Assembly: GCA_934120395.1 (NCBI GenBank)
Contig: CAKOTZ010000006.1
Location: 16,914-80,913 of the forward strand
Origin: an uncultured Clostridia bacterium
GTDB lineage: Bacteria; Bacillota; Clostridia; TANB77; CAG-508
Reading direction: 5' to 3'
Length of the DNA: 64,000 bases
This document shows positions 30,149 to 39,500 of this stretch, piece after piece. The notes under the pieces were generated by a model. It was not told where the DNA came from and did not search any database. It saw only the letters and a program-made list of their open reading frames with translations. Both the position numbers and the translations under genes were made by a program. The number at the start of each line of letters is the position of its first letter. Positions within the stretch are counted from its first letter, which is position 1.

Positions 30149-31414
30149 ATGAACAACAAATCAGCAAAGGGTATAACCCTTGTTGCCCTAATTATTACTA
30201 TAATCATTCTACTTATTTTGGCTGGAGTAAGTTTGTCAATGATATTAGGAGACAATGGGCTAATAAAAAAAGCACAAGCTAGTGTTGATGCATACCAACA
30301 AGCGGCATTAAATGAACAAAATTTACTAGATAGCATAGAAAGCTATATGGGAAATTACGGTTTACCAGAAAACACACCAACCACACCTGCAGGAACACAC
30401 GTAAAACCACCAGCAAAATGGTTAGGAACAATTGTAGATGCAGTGGCAGATGGAAAAGGCAACACATTTCCAGTGCCAAAAAGTTTTTACTACGTGGGTG
30501 GAGATTACACAAACGGAGTAATCATATCAGACGACCCAGCAGATGCATACGATGGAACAACAGATAAAACAACATGGGAATATACAACAAGTTTAGTAGG
30601 AAACCAATTTGTATGGATACCATGTACACCAGCAGAATATATAAAAACAAGTTGGGGCATGGTATATGGAGGCTATGATGCAGAAAGCGGAGCAGGAGCT
30701 GAAATGATGCAAGTAGCCAAATATGGAGGATTCTATGTAGGAAGATATGAAGCCGGCTTAGCAGACACAATAGCAGAATATACAGGAAATCAAATATCTT
30801 CTAGTTCAATTTATAATCTAGCAGGAATACCAAAATCAAAGGCAGGAGAATTACCATGGATATTTATCAGCCAAACAAATAGTAAGAAAAGTGCAGAAAA
30901 CATGTACAATACAGACGAAAAACATTCAGACTATGTAACAAGTGGACTAATAACAGGAACACAATGGGATGTAATGTTAAACAGATTTATTGGAACAACA
31001 AATGCTAATGGAGTAACTTTTACAGAAGCAGACATGAAAAATTCAAGTAAATGGGGTAATTATGCAAGTAGTGCAACAACATATACAGGAAGATCTGCAA
31101 CTCTATTTCAAAGTGGAAGTAATTGGTATATAAGTCCATGGGGAGCAAAGCAAACAGATGCAAAAACAGCAACATATACCGAATATACAACAGGAGCAAG
31201 TAAAAAAACAGAAGCATATCACACTTATGACATAGCAGGAAATGTATGGGAGTGGACGGAAGAAGTCGGACAAGGCACTGCATATCGCGTCCTTCGTGGC
31301 GGTTCTTGCGATAATGCTTCAGGTTCTTACCCAGCCTGCTGCCGCCATGGTAACAACTCTGTTTCCTTTGTGTACTATCTCGTCGGGTTCCGTGCCGTAC
31401 TTTACATCAAGTAG
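30149..31414 (+). CDS. membrane-anchored FGE-sulfatase-fold protein, DGR variable (target) protein with C-terminal VR
   Basis: 421 aa. Same architecture; VR at 31287-31402 differs from TR only at TR adenines. Confidence 0.85.
   Translation: MNNKSAKGITLVALIITIIILLILAGVSLSMILGDNGLIKKAQASVDAYQQAALNEQNLLDSIESYMGNYGLPENTPTTPAGTHVKPPAKWLGTIVDAVADGKGNTFPVPKSFYYVGGDYTNGVIISDDPADAYDGTTDKTTWEYTTSLVGNQFVWIPCTPAEYIKTSWGMVYGGYDAESGAGAEMMQVAKYGGFYVGRYEAGLADTIAEYTGNQISSSSIYNLAGIPKSKAGELPWIFISQTNSKKSAENMYNTDEKHSDYVTSGLITGTQWDVMLNRFIGTTNANGVTFTEADMKNSSKWGNYASSATTYTGRSATLFQSGSNWYISPWGAKQTDAKTATYTEYTTGASKKTEAYHTYDIAGNVWEWTEEVGQGTAYRVLRGGSCDNASGSYPACCRHGNNSVSFVYYLVGFRAVLYIK
31287..31402 (+). repeat. DGR variable region (VR) at 3' end of target gene
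   Basis: 116 nt aligned to TR 32915-33030. 12 mismatches, all at TR-A positions (A->C,G,T), affecting AAY codons (N->D,Y,H,F,Y,L; Y->C; I->L,V). Identical GC-rich 3' block atcgggttccgtgccgtact (IMH-like). Confidence 0.85.
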
Positions 31415-31525
31415 ACCTGAACGCTTGTTAGCGATGCACATTGACCTTGTTTAATGATAGAATACGAGTAGATAGTTTGAAGAGGTGACATTATACATAC
31501 GATAAAATAGTAGAGGTTTATTAGT

Positions 31526-31891
31526 ATGGCGGATAATAAAAAAGAATTGATATTAATTCCAAAGTCAGAAAAATATATTCAATATATGATTGAAGTAATT
31601 ATGAAGTTGCCTCGTACAGAGAAATTTAGTATTGGAACCGAATATAAAACAGCAATGTATAAAATGCTTGAAAATATTATGCTTTTAAGCAAGGTGCGAG
31701 CAGAGGAAAAAATAAATTACATCAATTATATAGATGCTGAACTTAATGTTCAAAGAATTTTCTTGAGAATAATGTATAAAAATCAGTGGATAGACGAGAA
31801 ACGTTTTAAAGTAGCTTCAGATTTAATATATGAATTAGGAAAATTAGTAGGAGGTCTTTTAAAATTCTATGGCCAGAACATTAAGAAATAA
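31526..31891 (+). CDS. avd: DGR accessory variability determinant (Avd), four-helix-bundle protein
   Basis: 121 aa. Basic, immediately upstream of and overlapping the RT gene as in canonical DGRs. Confidence 0.65.
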   Translation: MADNKKELILIPKSEKYIQYMIEVIMKLPRTEKFSIGTEYKTAMYKMLENIMLLSKVRAEEKINYINYIDAELNVQRIFLRIMYKNQWIDEKRFKVASDLIYELGKLVGGLLKFYGQNIKK

Positions 31892-32885
31892 ATTTGATGA
31901 GTATTTAACTTACGATAATCTAATGCGAGCTCATTTAGAGAGTAGGAAAAATAAGCGTTATAAAAAAGATATCATTTTGTTTGAAATTAAACAAGAAGAT
32001 TATATTAGATATTTATTGGAAGAACTAAAAAATGGTACATATAAGCATGGAGGCTATTCAATCTTTTATGTAAGAGAGCCTAAATTGAGAAAAGTAGAAA
32101 AATCAAGATATATAGATAGGGTCGTGCATAGATGGTTAGTAGATAATTTTTTCATTGATCTATATGTACCAACTTTTATATCAACAAGTTATGCTTGTTT
32201 AAAAGACAGGGGAACGCACAAAGCAGTATGTGATGTGCAAAAAGCAATGCAGCATTGCCTAAGAATATGGAATGAATACTATATATTAAAAATGGATGTT
32301 GCTAAATACTTTCAAAGCATTGATAAAAATATTTTGTTTAATATAATAAAGAAAAAAATTAAAGATAAAAAGGTACTATGGTTGGTAGAACAAATTATTT
32401 ATTCAAATAAGGGAGAAACGGGTATAGCCATAGGAAACTATACTTCACAGATATTTGCAAATTTATATTTAAATGAAGTAGATCAATATATAAAAAAAGA
32501 ATTGAAGGTTAAATATTATTTTAGGTATATGGATGATTCGATAATTCTTGTAAAAACTAAAAATGAGGCAAAATTAATATTAGAAAAAATAAGACAATTC
32601 TTAAGGGAAAATTTAAAATTAGAGTTAAACTCTAAAACTCAAATATTTAAGAATAAACAAGGTGTTAATTTTTGTGGATACAAAATTAATGAATACAGAA
32701 TGAAGGTAAGAGACAGAGGAAAGAAGAAACTTAAAAAAAAGATAAAAATATTAAAAGAAAATGTGAAAAATGGTAAAATGAGTAGTAAAGAGGCTAAGTT
32801 ATACCTGTGTGGGCATGTTGGATATATTAAATATGCAGATGTTCACAATTTAACTAGCAAGCTGTTTTATTTGCCGGAAGAATAA
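31869..32885 (+). CDS. DGR-type reverse transcriptase
   Basis: 338 aa. RT motifs incl. IAIGNYTSQIFANLYL (DGR hallmark I/LGxxxSQ instead of QGxxxSP) and FRYMDDSIILV (YMDD). Confidence 0.88.
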   Translation: MARTLRNKFDEYLTYDNLMRAHLESRKNKRYKKDIILFEIKQEDYIRYLLEELKNGTYKHGGYSIFYVREPKLRKVEKSRYIDRVVHRWLVDNFFIDLYVPTFISTSYACLKDRGTHKAVCDVQKAMQHCLRIWNEYYILKMDVAKYFQSIDKNILFNIIKKKIKDKKVLWLVEQIIYSNKGETGIAIGNYTSQIFANLYLNEVDQYIKKELKVKYYFRYMDDSIILVKTKNEAKLILEKIRQFLRENLKLELNSKTQIFKNKQGVNFCGYKINEYRMKVRDRGKKKLKKKIKILKENVKNGKMSSKEAKLYLCGHVGYIKYADVHNLTSKLFYLPEE

Positions 32886-32914
32886 TAATAACATAGGGAT
32901 AAATCAGATGGCGG

Positions 32915-33030
32915 GCGTCATTCGTGGCGGTTCTTGCAATAATGCTTCAGGTTCTAACCCAGCATGCTACCGCAATGGTAACAACTCTGTTTCCAATGTG
33001 AACTATAACATCGGGTTCCGTGCCGTACTC
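32915..33030 (+). repeat. DGR template repeat (TR), 3' of RT
   Basis: Adenine-rich (26 A); in VR frame encodes VIRGGSCNNASGSNPACYRNGNNSVSNVNYNIGFRAVL with 8 AAY codons; near-identical to VR except at A. Confidence 0.85.
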
Positions 33031-33193
33031 TAATATTATTCGAGATTGTGTGTTTTACGGAATGCATACAGTGAAGTATTAGATATTAAAGAGGTTTATT
33101 CCTTCCTACTTTAGGTAAAAATGAATCAATAAAACATGTATTGGTAGTAAATTTACGAAGATACGTGTTTTATGCTATATATAAGGTGAAAAT

Positions 33194-33472
33194 ATGAATA
33201 AGTGTGTAATAAGTGGAAAAGTATTAGAAGAGATAAAGTTTGATTTCATATATAATAGTAAAAAACATGTATCTATAGCGAAATGTCCTATAAAATTAAA
33301 CAATGATTCAGTATTAAACGTTTTTGGACTAGACGATGAAGCTGATTATATGTATCGACATATAAAAGCGGGAGATATTATTGTTTGCTATGGAAAAATT
33401 AGAAGAATGGATGAAAAATTAGAAGTTGAAGTAATAGAAATAGAAAAAGTAAAGTTCAAAACGAGTCTATAA
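33194..33472 (+). CDS. small OB-fold-like (SSB/PriB-like) hypothetical protein adjacent to DGR
   Basis: 92 aa. VISGKVLEE..F.......H....I..P.....NDSVLNVFG.DD.AD...HIKAGDIIVCYGKIR......LEVEVIEIEKV pattern; fold call tentative. Confidence 0.4.
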   Translation: MNKCVISGKVLEEIKFDFIYNSKKHVSIAKCPIKLNNDSVLNVFGLDDEADYMYRHIKAGDIIVCYGKIRRMDEKLEVEVIEIEKVKFKTSL

Positions 33473-33484
33473 TTTATTTGCCAA

Positions 33485-33892
33485 TTAATTATAAATTTCT
33501 TGTAATTGTTTTTTAATCTGGTCTAGAAACTCAAAAGATTCTTTAAAACTAATATTATTCATGTCAATGGCCATTATAGACTGAATAATATTTTGTGTTT
33601 TCATGTTGTTTAAATAATCGGAGTAATTTTCAATTTTTGAATAGTTTAAATCAATAACTTCAAAAGGAATATTAAAGTTGCTTAGCTGTTTTGTATAGTA
33701 TTCTAATCTTTTTTGAGGAAATCCACATTTAGTAACGCTGTCGTTTAAATTTGTTATTTTAAAATCAAAAAGTTCTGAAATTTTTGTGGCATCTTCGTTT
33801 AGTGCAATATAAAAAATGCCACTTTTAAATAAATATATTGTTGTATTATCCTTATTCTTTAATTTTAAGTATTCTGTATATAATTTGCTCAT
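33485..33892 (-). CDS. stand-alone MutS domain I (mismatch-binding domain)-like protein
   Basis: ~135 aa. SKLYTEYLKLKNKDNTTIYLFKSGIFYIALNEDATKISELFDFKIT...CGFPQKRLEYYTKQLSNFNIPFEVIDL aligns with MutS N-terminus TPMMQQYL.LK...P..LLFyRMGDFYELF.dDA...S.LL...LT.R....MaGiP.h.LE.YL.KLv..G..V; Phe of FYE present, Glu replaced. Confidence 0.6.
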   Translation of the reverse strand: MSKLYTEYLKLKNKDNTTIYLFKSGIFYIALNEDATKISELFDFKITNLNDSVTKCGFPQKRLEYYTKQLSNFNIPFEVIDLNYSKIENYSDYLNNMKTQNIIQSIMAIDMNNISFKESFEFLDQIKKQLQEIYN

Positions 33893-34121
33893 ATATTTGC
33901 CCCCTATCATATATAAACTCATTTTGAATTCACCTGTTCATAATATAAGCATGCAAGAAAGCAAATACAATCGAAATTTGTCGAATAGTATAAAAATAAT
34001 GTAAATTGTTAGTAACCATTTGAATACTTAGGTAAAATTATATGTTTTAAATAGAATAAAAGGCTTGACAAGAGGTACAAATTTTGTATATACTAAGTAT
34101 ATACAAAAAGGGGGCTAAAAT

Positions 34122-34364
34122 ATGACGACTACAATTCAAAAATGGGGAAATAGTCAAGGAGTTAGAATACCAAAAGTAATATTAGATACTGTTAATTGGA
34201 AAGAAAATGAACAAATAACAATAGTTGTCGAGAATGGGAAGGTTATAATGGAAAAGGCTAAAGGAAAAAGAAGAAATATAAAAGAATTATTTGAAAACTA
34301 TAAAGACGAATATGAACCAATTGAAGTGGATTGGGGAGAAATGAAGGGAAGAGAAGTATGGTAA
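34122..34364 (+). CDS. mazE: MazE/PemI-type antitoxin (AbrB/SpoVT fold)
   Basis: 80 aa. IQKWGNSQGVRIPK motif. Confidence 0.8.
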   Translation: MTTTIQKWGNSQGVRIPKVILDTVNWKENEQITIVVENGKVIMEKAKGKRRNIKELFENYKDEYEPIEVDWGEMKGREVW

Positions 34365-34687
34365 AACAAGGTACAATTATAAAAATAAATTTTAATCCTC
34401 AATCAGGGCATGAACAGGCTGGATATAGACCTGCAATTGTAATAAGCAATGATATATTTAATGAAAAAACAAAATTATCAATAGTTTGTCCTATTACAAA
34501 TACTGATAATAATTTTCCATTGCATGTTTCATTAGATGAGAGAACAAAGACTACAGGCGTAATATTATGCGAACATATAAGGGCCTTAGACTTAGAAAGT
34601 AGAACATATCAAGAAGTGGAAAAAGTACCAAAGGATATTTTAAATCATGTAATAGATATTGTTTATGCAGAAATAGAAGAATTATAA
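34358..34687 (+). CDS. mazF: MazF/PemK-type endoribonuclease toxin
   Basis: 109 aa. Overlaps mazE stop (ATGGTAA); PemK-like sequence. Confidence 0.8.
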   Translation: MVKQGTIIKINFNPQSGHEQAGYRPAIVISNDIFNEKTKLSIVCPITNTDNNFPLHVSLDERTKTTGVILCEHIRALDLESRTYQEVEKVPKDILNHVIDIVYAEIEEL

Positions 34688-34744
34688 ATAAGTTATAATA
34701 AAACTCATTTTTATGAATAAAATTCATAAAGGTGAGTTTTATTT

Positions 34745-35996
34745 ATGAAAAAAAGTTTTTGCAAATTATTAGTTATTACATTAATAGTAATATTTTTAGT
34801 CCAGATAAGTGTGTATGCAAATGAAGAAGAACATGAAAATATAGAAATACAAGAAATATGGAACGAAATAAAAGAAACTGATGCAAATATTGTAAAAGAA
34901 CCTACAATAAATTCAAAGGCAGCAGTTGTATTGGATAGAAAATCAAAAACAGTAATTTTTGATAAAAATGCAAATCAAAAAAGAGCAATGGCGTCTACAA
35001 CAAAAATTATGACTGCCATTTTAGTGCTAGAAAAAGGTAATTTAAATGATTTGATTGAGGTATCACAAAAAGCTGCAAATACAGGTGGATCAAGATTAGG
35101 GTTAAAAAAAGGAGATAAAATAACATTAAATGATTTACTTTATGGATTAATGTTACGCTCTCGGAAATGATGCGGCAGTACAAATTGCTGAGCATATTGG
35201 AGGCAGTGTAGAGGAATTTGCACAAATGATGAATCAAAAAGCAAAAGAATTAAATTTGGTAAATACGCATTTTGTAACGCCACATGGATTAGATAATACT
35301 GACCACTATACAACTCCATACGAATTAGCCATATTAACAGATTATGCACTAGAAAATAGTAAATTTGCTAAAATTGTAAATACAAATACATGCACAATAA
35401 CCATTAATAATTCTCCAATAGTTTTGAATAATACAAATGAATTATTAGGTACTTTAAATGGTGTAAATGGTGTAAAAACAGGTTTTACCAATAATGCAGG
35501 AAGATGTCTTGTAACTTCTACAACGCGAAATGGATGGCAAATTGTTGTAGTTGTATTAGGTGCAGATACTAAAAGAAATAGAACAAAAGATAGCATTAGT
35601 TTGATAGAGTATACTTTTAAAAATTATGAAATTGTAAATATAAAGGATAAGTTAAAAAGAAGTTTTAATAATGAAAAGAAAAAACAGGAAGCTTTAATAG
35701 AAATTGAAAAAGGAAAAAATGATAAAATTATATTAGAATTAGGGGAGATATCTAATACAGAATATCCTATAAAAAATAGTGAATTAAAAAATTTAACTTG
35801 CAATATAGATGTAGTTCATTACATAAAAGCACCAATTAAGGAAGGCACTGTGGTAGGAAATTTGGAAGTGATGATTGGTGATAAAAATATTTGCAATGTA
35901 AATATTCTTTGTAAGTATACTGTTGATAAGAAGGGGGTGTGGGATTATTTTTCGGATTTAGTTTGTAATATAGGGAAGTATATATTGGAAATTTAA
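34745..35996 (+). pseudogene. D-alanyl-D-alanine carboxypeptidase (PBP5/DacB-like serine peptidase S11) with +1 frameshift at 35162 (extra C before GGA) inside the SGN motif
   Basis: Signal peptide, SxxK (ASTTKIMT), then ...GLMLRS | GNDAAVQIAEHIGGSVEEFAQMMNQKAKELNL... continues in +1 frame; C-terminal domain present. Confidence 0.75.
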
Positions 35997-36004
35997 TAAG
36001 ATTC

Positions 36005-36050
36005 AAAAATACACCACTAGCTCTGTTAAAGCGTATGTGGTGTATTTTTG
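36005..36050. terminator. bidirectional rho-independent terminator
   Basis: aaaaatacaccac-...-gtggtgtattttt. Confidence 0.75.
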
Positions 36051-36060
36051 AATGACTTAT

Positions 36061-36135
36061 TGGAGGCGCCAGTCGGAATCGAACCGACGAATCAGAGTTT
36101 TGCAGACTCGTGCCTTACCGCTTGGCTATGGCGCC
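36061..36135 (-). tRNA. tRNA-Cys (GCA)
   Basis: Cloverleaf GGCGCCA/TGGCGCC acceptor, anticodon loop CTGCAAA, T-arm GTCGG-TTCGATT-CCGAC, CCA encoded. Confidence 0.85.
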
Positions 36136-36164
36136 ATTAATATAATGTATGTTAAGAACTAATA

Positions 36165-36203
36165 AAAGATGAATAAAAAATAAAAAATTATTCATCTTTT
36201 TTG
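36165..36203. other. AT-rich 11-bp-stem hairpin between the two tRNA genes
   Basis: aagatgaataa ... ttattcatctt + T run. Confidence 0.4.
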
Positions 36204-36206
36204 TAG

Positions 36207-36282
36207 TGGAGCGGGAAACGGGGCTCAAACCCGCGACCTCTGCCTTGGCAAGGCAGCGCTCTATCAACTGAGCTATTCCCGC
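36207..36282 (-). tRNA. tRNA-Gly (GCC)
   Basis: GCGGGAA acceptor, D-arm TAGCTCAGTTGATAGAGCG, anticodon loop TTGCCAA, CCA encoded. Confidence 0.85.
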
Positions 36283-36495
36283 ATAAGTTATTTACAGCTA
36301 TTATAATAACAAATGTAAGCAAAAAAGTCAATGGATTTTAAAAAAATATTTACAAATCATGAGCAAAGCTTAGGGAATAAGAACTTTCAAGATAAAATTT
36401 ACATAACTTATTGAAAAATAATGTAAAATGTAATATAATTGTAATGTTAATGTAGAAAAACATCGGAATAATGCTTCCGTAATAGTACTTGTGTT

Positions 36496-36528
36496 AATTT
36501 GACAGTAACAGATAGAAACTGTCAAATT
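36496..36528. promoter_or_regulatory. perfect inverted repeat (candidate operator) upstream of adhesin gene
   Basis: aatttgacagt-aacagatagaaa-ctgtcaaatt. Confidence 0.4.
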
Positions 36529-36593
36529 ATGCTATTGACTTAAGATAAAAACATAGTAAAATAATAATAGTTTTGAATAAGGAAGGTAAGAAT

Positions 36594-39500
36594 ATGAAAC
36601 GAAGTAAAGTGTTATTAGGACTAGTTATGACATTAGTAATGTTTGCTATTCCGGCATCTGCTTTTGCAACAACTTCTCATGAACTTGGAATTGTACAAAA
36701 TAGAGAAGATGGATATGCTTACAGAATAGGAGTAGGTTCTGGAGGAGATGCAAGAAATTTAGATTTATGGAAAATTGTGGAATACTTAAATGGGGGAGTA
36801 ACGTGGAATAACGCAATTTATTGTATTAAGGGTGGACCTGGTTTTGGAGGAACAATTACAGAACCAACGGATAAACGTACTTATGATGTAACTTATGATA
36901 TGAAAAAAGTAGGAGATATTCCTTCTAATTATAAGAGTACGTTACCAAGTGATACTGCAAATACAGTAACTCTTAATATAGGTGGTGTAGAAACAGAAGT
37001 ATCTTATACAAATTATAATGCAGTTTTATGGATTTTAGATAATATGTATCTACCTAAACATCCAGATGAAACACAAAGACAAGAAATGAGAGATTCTTTG
37101 TTAAAAGCAGCATTTAAAGCTCAATTAGAAGATGCAGATTTAGTACCTCCATTTGAAATTAGTCAAATAAATTTAACAGATTCAGATATTGAGGTAATAC
37201 AACAACTTGCTATTTGGCATTTTACAAATCCAGATGATATATATAATGTAGGAAATACTTTGCCAGCAATTCAAATTAGCGAAAAAGATAGTACAACTAA
37301 TTATAACGCTTATAGTATGGAGTCTAAAAGACAAGAAGATGCACAAACTTTATATACATACTTAGTTAATAATGCTATGATAAATGCAAATAAATATGGT
37401 ACAGGTGAAAATAGACATTTAACAGCACCAGTACAATTACTAAATACAAATTTATCATCAACATATATTGATGATGATGTGGTTGTTGGACCATTTAAAA
37501 TAGAAAAAGAATCTGAATTAGCTTATACCTTAAGACCATCAGTATTAAATCAAAACAATGAAGCTATTACTAATTACACTTTATATAAAAAAGGAACTGA
37601 AGGAAAGCCTGTTAAAGCAGGTGAAACTGAAACAATAGAAAGCTTAGTTGGACAAGAGTTTTACATAGCAGTTCCAAAAACATCAAATGTAACAGAAGTA
37701 ACATTAAAATTAATGGTTGATTATTATGAATCAGAAGCAAACTTCTGGACTGTTAGTGGTACAAATAGTGAACAACCAGTTGTGATGGTAGAAAAGAAAT
37801 TACAAACAGCAGAACAAAAAGTAGGATTAAACTATAATTTTGATTTAGCATTAAGAAAATTTATTACAGCAGTTAATAAAACAGCTGTAACTGATCGTGT
37901 ACCACAGGTAAAAGTAAGTGAAAACGGAAAAATAACTTATGAACATAAAAAAACACCTCTTGTTGTAGAGTCTGGAGACCTTGTAACATATACAATTCGT
38001 ATTTATAACGAAGGATTAGTTTCTGGATTTGCACAAGAAGTAAAAGATGATATTCCAGCTGGTTTAAAATTCTTACCAAATAATGAAACAAATAAGAAAT
38101 ATGGATGGAAATTGACAGAAGATGGTAAGAGTATTGTAACTGATTATCTAAAGAAAGATGATAATAATACAAATTTATTAAAAGCATTTGATTCAAAAAA
38201 CATGACTGTACCAGATTATAAAGATGTAAATGTTGTGTTTGAAGTTACAGAACCAAATTCTTCAAAGAATACAATTATAAATACAGCAGAAATTAGTGAT
38301 GATGCAGATGAACATGGAAAACCAATAGATGATATAGATTCAACTCCAAATAATAATAAAGATGGAGAAGATGATATAGACAAAGAATATATCAAATTAA
38401 AAGAATTTGATTTAGCATTAAGAAAATTCATTACAGCAGTTAATGATAACAAAATAGAAGAAAGAGTACCACAAGTAAAAGTTGATGAAAATGGAAAAAT
38501 TACATATACACATCCAAAAACACCAGTAGCTGTTGCAAATGGGGATATCGTAGTTTATACAATTAGAATATATAATGAAGGACAGACAGATGGCTATGCA
38601 AAAGAAATTACAGATGATATACCTGAAGGAACAGAATTTATAATTGATAATGAAATAAACGTACAATATCGTTGGAAATTATCAGCAGATACAAAATCTG
38701 TTACAACAGATTACTTATCAATGGAAAGAGACGAAGATAACTTATTAAAAGCTTTCAATAAAGACAAAATGACCACACCAGAATATAAAGATGTAAAGAT
38801 TGCTTTAAAAGTTACAGAATCAAATGCATCAAAGAATACAATTATAAATACAGCAGAAATTAGTGATGATGCAGATAAAAATGGAAAACCAGTAGAGGAT
38901 ATAGATTCGACTCCAGGAAATAATAAAGATGGAGAAGATGATATAGACAAAGAATATATCAAATTAAAAGAATTTGATTTAGCATTAAGAAAATTTATTA
39001 CATCAGTTAATGACAAGGAAGTAACAACAAGAATACCACAAGTAAAAGTGGACGAGAATGGAAAAATTACTTATGAACACACAAAAGAGCCAGTTTTAGT
39101 TGCAAATTCAGATATTGTAACATATACAATTAGAATATATAATGAAGGTACAATTAACGGATATGCAGAAAGTGTAAGAGATGATGTACCAGATGGATTA
39201 GAGTTCTTGCCAGATAATGAAACAAATAAGAAATATGGATGGAAATTATCAGAAGATGGAAAATCAATTACAACAGATTATCTATCAAAAGATAACAGCA
39301 AAGATAATTTACTTAAAGCATTTGACAATGTTGCTATGAAAACACCAGATTACAAAGATGTAAAAGTTGCATTCAAAGTAACAGATAAAATATTGCCAAA
39401 AGATAGAGTTTTGATAAATACAGCAGAAATTAATGATGATACAGACGAAAATGGAAAACCAGTAGATGATATAGATTCAACACCAGGAAACAATAAAGAT

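Noticed and set aside
31415-32914. Group II intron interpretation of RT flanked by duplicated 3' exon-like sequence
   Set aside because: RT has DGR-specific IGNYTSQ motif, no maturase/endonuclease domains, is preceded by avd, and the duplicated segment differs only at adenines (TR/VR), not an exon duplication
36165-36203. Hairpin between tRNA-Gly and tRNA-Cys as operon terminator
   Set aside because: Lies between the two co-transcribed minus-strand tRNAs; the terminator proper is the GC-richer hairpin at 36005-36050
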